Shown here piece after piece: positions 56,208-64,000 of a stretch of DNA of 64,000 nucleotides (the stretch's first letter is position 1; every line of letters starts with the position of its first letter). The translations under genes and the position numbers were made by a program. The DNA is from Ignavibacteriota bacterium (GTDB taxonomy: Bacteria > Bacteroidota > Ignavibacteria > UBA10030 > UBA6906): contig CAWDEM010000008.1 in NCBI GenBank assembly GCA_963801355.1, positions 2,656,001 to 2,720,000 on the forward strand, in the 5' to 3' direction. The notes beneath the pieces were generated by a model. It did no database searches, was not told where the DNA came from, and saw only the letters and a program-made list of their open reading frames with translations.

Positions 56208-57921
56208 ATGAAACAGCTGCTAATTCTTTGCACTGTCTTTCTTCTGGTCGTGAGCTTCACCGGCGTCCTCGAAGCACAGGTGACAGTCGACACCGGATTC
56301 ACTGTTGCTGCCCAGATCAAACCATCCGCTTATCCCGGATGGCCCGACAGCATCGGCGCCGAGAAGGTCATAGAGCGGGTTTCGACATCAACAAGAACGG
56401 CAAGAAAGAATTTCTGGTTCTGGCCGATCCTTACTCTATGCAGGCCATTCCAATCACGAACGACCATACCTGTTCTGTTTGAAGCATCAGGGAACAATAC
56501 CTACAATCTCATCTGGTCGACAGTGGTACCCGGCAACAATGATACGGGATACCAGAATGCCGATCTTCACTGTCGCGGACCTTGACAAAGATGGAAATCT
56601 GGAAATCATTGTCGTGGTGCCACCGGTGAGAGAACCGGTCGACGACCCGGCAGTCCTGTACCTTTACGAGTTCGACGCAGACAGCATTACCCCACCAACC
56701 GACGATCACATCCGACCTCGGGATACGGCCTGGCATGAAATACGCCGCGAGCCGTGTCGAGGTGGCGGATGTCGACGGTGACGGCGAAAACGAATTGGTG
56801 GTCACCTCCCGGAGCGACGATTTTGGCGGTACGGGACTCGGACGCACACTGATGGTGGATCATTTCATCGGTGGCGATATCAATCCGGCCACGTTCGGAT
56901 ACTTCGAACGGGAATTCATCGACTCTTCATCGGTTCTGAAGGGTGGAGCAGTGTATGACGTGGGGATCATAGATTTCGACGGCGACGGGAAGAAGGAAAT
57001 CTGGGTCTCCACATGGGACTTGTTCAGCCTGGCCATCTACGAAGCGACAGGCAAAAGACACCTATGTACTGCGCACGGACATCAACCAGGCGCGTCCGGA
57101 CAACGACGTCGGTGTAGCGTCCACAGCATGCGCTGGTATGACGCCAACAAAGATGGCAAGCTCGAATACTACTGTGCAGGAATCACCGACGCCACTAACC
57201 CCGGCAACATTCACATGATCCCCAGCACCGACCGACGTCTCGACACTCTACGACAGCGTCGGTGGTGACACTGACGCCTGATCTGGAGCCGATCGACGAG
57301 TAGTTCCTACGAAGGCGCGGATATCGGCGACGTCAACGGAGACGGCAAGATGGACTATATCGTTGCCGGTCCCGGTTCGCGGCGTGAAGTGTTCTGGCTT
57401 CAGTACAAGGGAGGCAATCCTGCCGACTCGGCGAACTACAAGATGACCACGCTGTACAAGGACACAGATACAGCGACCACGGACTTACAGCTTCTGTAGC
57501 ATCAATATCGGCAACGACATCGACGGCGACGGGAAGAAAGAAGTGTTCATTCCGAACCGCTGCCCCGATGCCACTAATGCCACATATCCAGCGGTTGATC
57601 ATTCTGGAGGCAAAGGCGGTCTCAGCCGGCGTTGAACGGGTCGAGGGGATCGTTCCTGAAGGCTATGCTCTCGGCCAGAACTATCCCAATCCCTTCAACC
57701 CTGAAACAGCCATCAATTTCGCCATCCCGGCATCAGCGCACGTGACCATAACGATTCACAACGCGCTCGGACAGGAAGTGGCCACTCTGGTTGACACGGA
57801 GCTTGAGCCGGGAGCATACTCTACGAGCTTCAATGCCAGGGACTTCGGCAGCGGCACCTATTTCTACACACTTCGCGCGGGAAGCTTCACCGACACGAAG
57901 AAAATGCTTCTCTTGAAGTAA
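56208..57921 (+). pseudogene. FG-GAP/VCBS-repeat secreted protein with T9SS CTD, broken by many frameshifts (pseudogene or sequencing error)
   Basis: Signal peptide at 56208; repeats FDINKNGKKEF, DLDKDGNLEI, DVDGDGENEL, DFDGDGKKEI, DANKDGKLEY spread over different frames; CTD NYPNPFNPET ends at 57921. Confidence 0.8.
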
Positions 57922-57962
57922 TCTTTGCAGATGCCGACCGCGAAGAGCGGCGGTAGATCATC

Positions 57963-58012
57963 ATCAGGAATCGGGGACTCTGTTCGTGTCCCCGGTTCCT
58001 GATTGCTGTTTT
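57963..58012 (+). terminator. Intrinsic terminator
   Basis: ATCAGGAATCGGGGAC-loop-GTCCCCGGTTCCTGAT followed by TGCTGTTTT. Confidence 0.75.
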
Positions 58013-58034
58013 ATGCCGCCTTTCCGGCCTTTCC

Positions 58035-58063
58035 TTGACTACCAGACCTCTATTCTCTATATT
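58035..58063 (+). promoter_or_regulatory. Promoter of the second TonB receptor
   Basis: TTGACT-17 bp-TATATT. Confidence 0.7.
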
Positions 58064-58187
58064 ATTGACTACTCGGTTTACGTGCACCCTCCGCCGTAGC
58101 CTGAGATTTATAGGGAAGATTCAAGTCATATCCTCCCGAGCATTCCCGGATTCTATGATTCATTTATCATCATCCAGAAGGTACCCT

Positions 58188-61030
58188 ATGCGCATCGTTA
58201 CACGATTTGCGACGGGCGTACTCTGCTGTGCCCTGGGTTTTTCAGCCCTTTGGGCCGGCAGCACCGGAAAAATCTCCGGCACAGTCCGCGACTCGCGCAC
58301 GAAGGAGCCGCTCCCCGGCGTCAATGTTGTGGTTCAGGGAACTGCACTTGGTGCCGCCACCGACGTCAACGGACGGTACGTCATTCTCAATGTCCCCCCC
58401 GGGCGCCAGAACGTCATGGCCTCTTTTATAGGCTACCGCCGTTTCGAAGTGAATGATCTCCGGATCTCCACCGACTTCACCACTCCGTTGGACATTGACA
58501 TGATCGAGGGAAGTATTGAACTCGATGCGGTGGTCGTCCAGGCCGAACGCAGTCCCCTCATCCGCCAGGACCTCACGAATCCCGTCGCTTCCATCTCCTC
58601 CGAGGCCATTGAGGCGCTTCCAGTCACCGACATCAGCGAGGTGATCGGATTGCAGGCGGGCGTGACCGTGGATGATGACGGCTCGATTCATATCCGCGGA
58701 GGCCTCGGCAATGAAATCGCCTATACGCTGAACGGCATCAATATCAACAACCCGTACGGCAATACCGATCGGTGGGCGTCGCGACGAATGCCGTGCGCGA
58801 AGTCTCGGTCTCCAGCGGAACCTTCAGCGCCGAATACGGAAGCGCATTGAGCGGCGTCGTGAACTACGTCACGAAAGACGGCGGGGCGAAATGGTCGGGA
58901 AGCCTGAAGCAGTACATGGGCGACCATTATAGCGGGCACACAGGACTCTTCTTCAACATCAACAAGTTTTCGCCCACGAACGTCAACCGCACCGAGGCGA
59001 CCATCAGCGGACCGCTCTCAGGCGAAGACCTTTCGTTCTTTGCTTCGGGTGTCTACAACTGGTACGGCGGACATCTGTACGGCCAGCGGCTCTACCTGCC
59101 GACCGATTCCTACCTGTCACGCGAAGGGTTCCTCACCGGCGATCCGCGACGCGGGACCACCAGTGACCCATACTACTTCGGACCGCTCACGCATGACCCG
59201 TCGGACCTCGCCGGCGGCTACAGCGGAGACGGAGCCGTGGTCCCCCTCAACTGGAGCAAATCCTACAATCTCCAGGGGAACATCAGCTGGCGCATGACGA
59301 ATGCAATGAAGTTGAAGTATGAATTCGTACACAACTTCGACGAATCGCCGGATGCAGATCCCTTCGTCGTGCGGTACAAGCCGGACGGGAATAACATTTT
59401 CCAGGGCGAAGGCAACATGCATTCGCTTGAGTTCACGCACTCCGTAAACGAGAAAATGTTCTACACGGTGAAAGGCTCCTACATCATCGACAAAGCTCAC
59501 AGCTGGGCCTATGACAGCCCGGACGATCCACGATACTTGCCATCGTTCTATGAGAAATATTTCCCGAACACAAGTTATGTGACCGGCGGGACAGACCCCT
59601 CCCGTTTCAGCAGAAAGACCGAGACCGTTGCAGGGAAGATCGATGCCGTCGCGCAGATTCTGGGCATGCACGAAGTGAAGGCCGGCGTAGAAGTACGCAA
59701 ACACACCCTAACGGTCGAATCATATACGCTGCAGTTCAGGGACCCGAACTTCCCGAACACAGATCCGAGCTTCGCGAACGCACTGACCGGACAATTTCAC
59801 TTCCTGCCGTACATACCTGATGAAGTCGGCGGCTACACGTACTACAAACGCCAGCCGCTGCAGATGGCCGCCTATGTCCAGGACAAAATCGAGCTCTTCA
59901 AGTCGATTATCCTGAACCTGGGTGTGCGGTACGAGTATTTTGACCCGGCAGCCCAATACAATTCGGCCATCAGCACCGAACTTTCAGAGCCGCAGGAAAC
60001 GATCTTCATTCAGAAGAACCTGATCGATGCATCCAAGAAACATATGGTCAGCCCGCGGATCAGTGTTTCCTATCCCATCACCGATCAGGGGACGATCCGG
60101 TTCTCGTACGGACATTTCTTTCAGATCGGATCTCTCTCCAGCCTCTACAGCAACTCCAACTTCCGTGCGCCGTCTGGCGTCTCCCTGTCGTTCGGAAATC
60201 CCGACGTGAAACCGCAAAAGAGCATTCAGTATGAGCTCGGTCTCCAGCAGGGGCTGACCGAGGACATGAAGATCGAAATCACCGGGTACTACAAAGACGT
60301 CCGGGATTACATTTACTCGCAGACGATCATCACAGCCCGCGGCGACAAGCAGTACAACGTGCTCACGAACCTCAGTTATGCCAATACGCGGGGGATCAGC
60401 GTGTCATTACTGAAGCGCCGCACCGTGGACGACATGCTTTCCGCCACACTGGACTATACGTTCCAGGTGACCGAAGGAAACCGCACATTGCCGACGGATG
60501 AGATCTTCTTCAACGAGCAACAGGGGCGTCTGAGCGAAACATACCTCGTGCCGCTCGGATTTGACAGGAGCCATACCCTCACGAGTACCGTCTCGTTGTC
60601 GCAACCCAATGACTGGTCGGTGAGCATGATCGGGTACCTGCGCACGGGCACACCGTACACGCCGTCCTTCCCGTCAAACGTTGTCCCGATTACGTTCACA
60701 CAGAACAGCGACCGTCAGCCGATGCAATGGAACGTCGATCTGAAGCTCGAAAAGTTTTTCCGGGTCGAGCCCTTCGATCTTTCCGTGTTCGTGCAGGTCG
60801 ACAACGTGTTCGACGTTGAGAATGAGCTCTATGTGTACGCAAACTCGGGGCGTGCGCTCTATAACCTCTCCCAGACGCTGCAACCGGAGCTCCTGGCCGG
60901 TCTGCGCAACCGCATTATCAGGGGAGATCCCGGGATGATCCCGGTGGACGGCGTCGACAACTACTACGCCAATCCCGGCAATATCAGTACCCCGCGGCTC
61001 ATCCGCGTCGGCGCATCGATTGTGTTCTAA
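58188..61030 (+). CDS. TonB-dependent receptor, one frameshift near 58765
   Basis: GSTGKISGTVRD...IHIRGG in one frame continues as SGTFSAEYGSALSGVVN...PRLIRVGASIVF in another; adding one C (ACCGA to ACCCGA) restores NTRSVGVATNAV. Confidence 0.88.
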
Positions 61031-61058
61031 TGATTTCATTCAACTGATCGGAATCTGT

Positions 61059-64000
61059 ATGAAAACAATGATTCTCCACCTCCTGGCAATCGCAGCGTTG
61101 CTTTTGCCCGTCGCGATGCCCCGTGCACAGGAGATTGACTTCAACCGGATCGACCCGAAGAAGGCGACGCCGGAAGAATGGCAGAAACTCGTGGACTTCC
61201 TGGAGCAGCAGTCGAAAAACTCCCTGGGCAAGACATCGGGCGAATCGACGGTTCGCAGCCTGATCATCAAGGGCAACAAGATCACTACTGTGGTCTACAA
61301 CAATGGCAGCATCACGCGTCCGAATACGCTGGGCAATACAGCGGACCTGGTGTGGAATCGCCTCGGTTACGGCTACGAGTTCGTTCCTCTCGTCGCTGCA
61401 CGCGTGAAGAGCATCCAGGGAGATTCCATCTGGATGCTCGACGACGGCATGTACACGCCCACTCAGGGCGCGTATGCATCGGACGGCTCCCTGAAATGGG
61501 GCTGGCTGCCAAAGGCAGGCTATGCGGCCGCCGGCCAAAACGATATCGCCGCATGGAGCCATCGCGCGGATGTCGGCGGCGACCTCACACGCAAACCCCA
61601 CAGCTGGCCGGAGTCATGGTACAACCAGGCGCTCGGCCGGTACGTCTGGCCGGCATTCCTCGGCAATGACGCGACCTCACCGGATGAAGAAGTCTACTTC
61701 GTCTGCGATGACTTCACCAATGCCAAATGGAAAGACAAGTACCGTCCGTTCCCGGGTGACTCAACGAAACTCGGACTCGGACTTGATCTCGAGTGTCGCT
61801 TTTTTCAGTTCAACAACCCGCTGGCGGAAGATATCATCTTTCTCGTGTACCGGGTGACGAACAGAAGCCCTCAAACCATCGGTAAAGTGTACTTTGGCAT
61901 GTTCGGCGACCCGCATGTCGGCGGGTATAACGACTACTCGGATGACTTGGCATACTTCATCCCTCCCAAGGGCCCTCTGGCTGATCCGTTTCCGCAACGG
62001 GCGCGGAGTATGGTCTACGCGTGGGACAAGGATAAGACCGGCATGGGCGGGCTCGTGCCCGGCTATTTCGGGTTCAAATTCCTCGAATCCCCCAGTAATG
62101 AGACCAACGGAAAAGACGACGATGACGACGGCATTGTCGATGAGAGCCCGTTCAACGCAATGGGATTCTACATTGACGGTGCGACGATCCCGCTCAGCAC
62201 GGGCATCGCCGACACCGCCAAGTACATCAAAGTGTACGGCCGCCCGAAACCCCGCTGGTCGGGGGATGAAAACGGCAACTGGCGGCTCGACAAGGATGAT
62301 GTCGGCCTGGACGGACTTCCCGGCACCGGCGATTTCGGCGAAGGGAATGCCAAACCCGATATCGGATATGACGCAAACAACACCCTGGTCGCCGAACCGA
62401 ACTTCGGCATCCGGGATGTCAACGAATCGGACCAGATCGGTCTGACGAGCTTTTATGCCCAGTACGCCGGAGCACCCAATTTTCCCGTGAACGATGTGCA
62501 GTTCACACAGCAGCTTTCATCCGACTCCATCGCGATTGACCAGGCCTACTTCTCCACCGAGGGTGACAATGAGTTCCTGTACGGGTCCGGGCCGTTTGCA
62601 CTTGAGCCGAACGCAACGCAACGTTTTTCGATCGCCCTGATGATGGGCGAGAATCTGGACGACTTGCTCCTGAATTCGGAAACCGCCCAGCGGGTGCTTG
62701 AAGCGAACTATATGTTCGCCCAGCCGCCCCCAAAGCCGACCGTGCGCGCCATTCCCGGGGACGGCAGGGTGTCGCTCTACTGGGATGACTTTGCCGAGAA
62801 GACGACCGATCCCCTGACCAACACGCAGGATTTCGAGGGCTACAAGGTCTACCGCAGCCAGGACTATACCTTCAGCGACCTGTACACGATCACCGATGCC
62901 AACGGTGTCGCCTTCCTGCCCACACCCCTCATCGGAAAAACAGGGAACAAAGCTCAATACGACCTTGTCAATATCTGGTCCGGTTTGCACCCGGTGGAGT
63001 ACCTCGGGCGGGGCGTGAAGTACTACCTGGGCTCAAACAGCGGACTCGTGCACGAGTATGTCGATTCCACAGTGACCAACGGCGTGACGTACTACTATGC
63101 CGTCGCATCGTACGACCATGGGTTTGACAGTCTGAGCGTGGCGTTGCCGCCGACCGAGTGTCAGATCGCCATCACCAAGGATCCCATCACCAGCGAGCTG
63201 CACTTCGACCAGAATACGCTGGCAGTCACACCCGGACCGCTGCCGAACGGCCAGAATCCCGCTCAGGTCAGCAACAATTCCACCGCCCAGCGAGTCACGG
63301 GGCTTTCCACCGGATCGATGCGGATCAAAGTGTTCGAAGACTTCTCCGTCATCGACGGTGCGAAATACAACGTCAGTTTCCGGAATGACGGCTCGAAGCT
63401 CGTGTACGATGTGCAGTCCACGGCAGTGACAACAGAGACCTTCACATCCCGCGACACGATTTACGTCCCCCTGTCAAAGAAGAACCTCATTGCATCGACC
63501 GTCGAAGTGAAGGACCTTGCCGGAACCGTCATCCCCCCGACAGCGTACCGCATCGATGCGATCTCCGGCCGCATACGCGGCGCGGGACTGGGAACTCTGC
63601 CGGAGAATAAGCAGTTCACTGTCTCGTTCCGGTACTACGCCGTGTTTGCGAGCACGAACATGAATTCCGAAGACAACAACCCGGTGTTCGACGGCGTCCG
63701 CCTCTATGTGCAAGACGAGCCGCTGGGCATCGATTCGATCCGCAGTGGCTGGGTCGTCAAGAGCAACTCGAATCTCGCCGCTGCGACCGACCGCCCCAGA
63801 TTCGCGCTCACCACAAATCCGCTCCGTCCGGCACCGCTCGACTTCCAGATCCGCTGGAACCGGACGGATACACTGGCAAACGGAAAGTGGGCTTACCCGG
63901 GAGACACTCTGCTGAACAACTTCGGCCGCAAGGTCGTAGTCTGCCCCTTCCGTGTCGTCAACATCACCGACACCTCCACGATCAGGGTACTGGTCGACAA
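61059..64000 (+). CDS. Very large secreted protein with Asp-rich Ca-binding motifs and Fn3-like region (runs off window end)
   Basis: Manual translation MKTMILHLLAIAALLLPVAMPRAQ...NGKDDDDDGIVDE...DDVGLDGLPGTGDFGEG...PPKPTVRAIPGDGRVSLYWD...DFEGYKVYRS. Absent from the ORF track, consistent with no stop before the window end. Confidence 0.85.
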   Translation, partial: MKTMILHLLAIAALLLPVAMPRAQEIDFNRIDPKKATPEEWQKLVDFLEQQSKNSLGKTSGESTVRSLIIKGNKITTVVYNNGSITRPNTLGNTADLVWNRLGYGYEFVPLVAARVKSIQGDSIWMLDDGMYTPTQGAYASDGSLKWGWLPKAGYAAAGQNDIAAWSHRADVGGDLTRKPHSWPESWYNQALGRYVWPAFLGNDATSPDEEVYFVCDDFTNAKWKDKYRPFPGDSTKLGLGLDLECRFFQFNNPLAEDIIFLVYRVTNRSPQTIGKVYFGMFGDPHVGGYNDYSDDLAYFIPPKGPLADPFPQRARSMVYAWDKDKTGMGGLVPGYFGFKFLESPSNETNGKDDDDDGIVDESPFNAMGFYIDGATIPLSTGIADTAKYIKVYGRPKPRWSGDENGNWRLDKDDVGLDGLPGTGDFGEGNAKPDIGYDANNTLVAEPNFGIRDVNESDQIGLTSFYAQYAGAPNFPVNDVQFTQQLSSDSIAIDQAYFSTEGDNEFLYGSGPFALEPNATQRFSIALMMGENLDDLLLNSETAQRVLEANYMFAQPPPKPTVRAIPGDGRVSLYWDDFAEKTTDPLTNTQDFEGYKVYRSQDYTFSDLYTITDANGVAFLPTPLIGKTGNKAQYDLVNIWSGLHPVEYLGRGVKYYLGSNSGLVHEYVDSTVTNGVTYYYAVASYDHGFDSLSVALPPTECQIAITKDPITSELHFDQNTLAVTPGPLPNGQNPAQVSNNSTAQRVTGLSTGSMRIKVFEDFSVIDGAKYNVSFRNDGSKLVYDVQSTAVTTETFTSRDTIYVPLSKKNLIASTVEVKDLAGTVIPPTAYRIDAISGRIRGAGLGTLPENKQFTVSFRYYAVFASTNMNSEDNNPVFDGVRLYVQDEPLGIDSIRSGWVVKSNSNLAAATDRPRFALTTNPLRPAPLDFQIRWNRTDTLANGKWAYPGDTLLNNFGRKVVVCPFRVVNITDTSTIRVLVD

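Noticed and set aside
1-64000. CRISPR array, rRNA, prophage or intact IS
   Set aside because: No regularly spaced repeat-spacer array, rRNA-like sequence, phage structural genes or transposase motifs seen.

Overview
Bacterial chromosomal DNA, most likely from an Ignavibacteria-like member of the Bacteroidota/FCB group. This is inferred from many T9SS C-terminal '(N/A)(Y/F)PNPFNP' sorting domains, a PorV homologue, and sigma70-type TTGACA/T-17-TATATT promoters rather than Bacteroidetes TAnnTTTG promoters. The window has four parts. (1) 1-6.2 kb: a minus-strand run of nitroreductase, MFS exporter, DUF6483-like protein and an archaeal-type thymidylate synthase, plus hypothetical genes. (2) ~6.3-18.8 kb: an integrase-less accessory region at the 3' end of tRNA-Phe. 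It holds co-oriented unrelated genes, a ~840 bp duplication, several 3'-end gene remnants starting 9-19 bp after another gene's stop codon, four families of reused non-coding modules (one a candidate structured leader at the predicted TSS), and an AbiE-type TA pair with a dead toxin. (3) ~18.9-55.8 kb: a large peptidoglycan utilisation/recycling locus. It has a TonB receptor, a large CTD-like protein, PorV and an IPT lipoprotein but no SusD, T9SS-tagged amidase and DigH-like hydrolase, NlpC/P60, a Tat-signal dipeptide epimerase, NagX, NagB-PIG-L, AmpG, GT2, DUF4922, NamZ, a BadF kinase, NagZ-AmiE and an Omp85 protein. (4) 56.2-64 kb: the start of a second, divergent locus of the same TonB-receptor architecture, with a local cluster of frameshifts that are probably sequencing errors. 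All family assignments come from motif recognition by eye; no database search was run.
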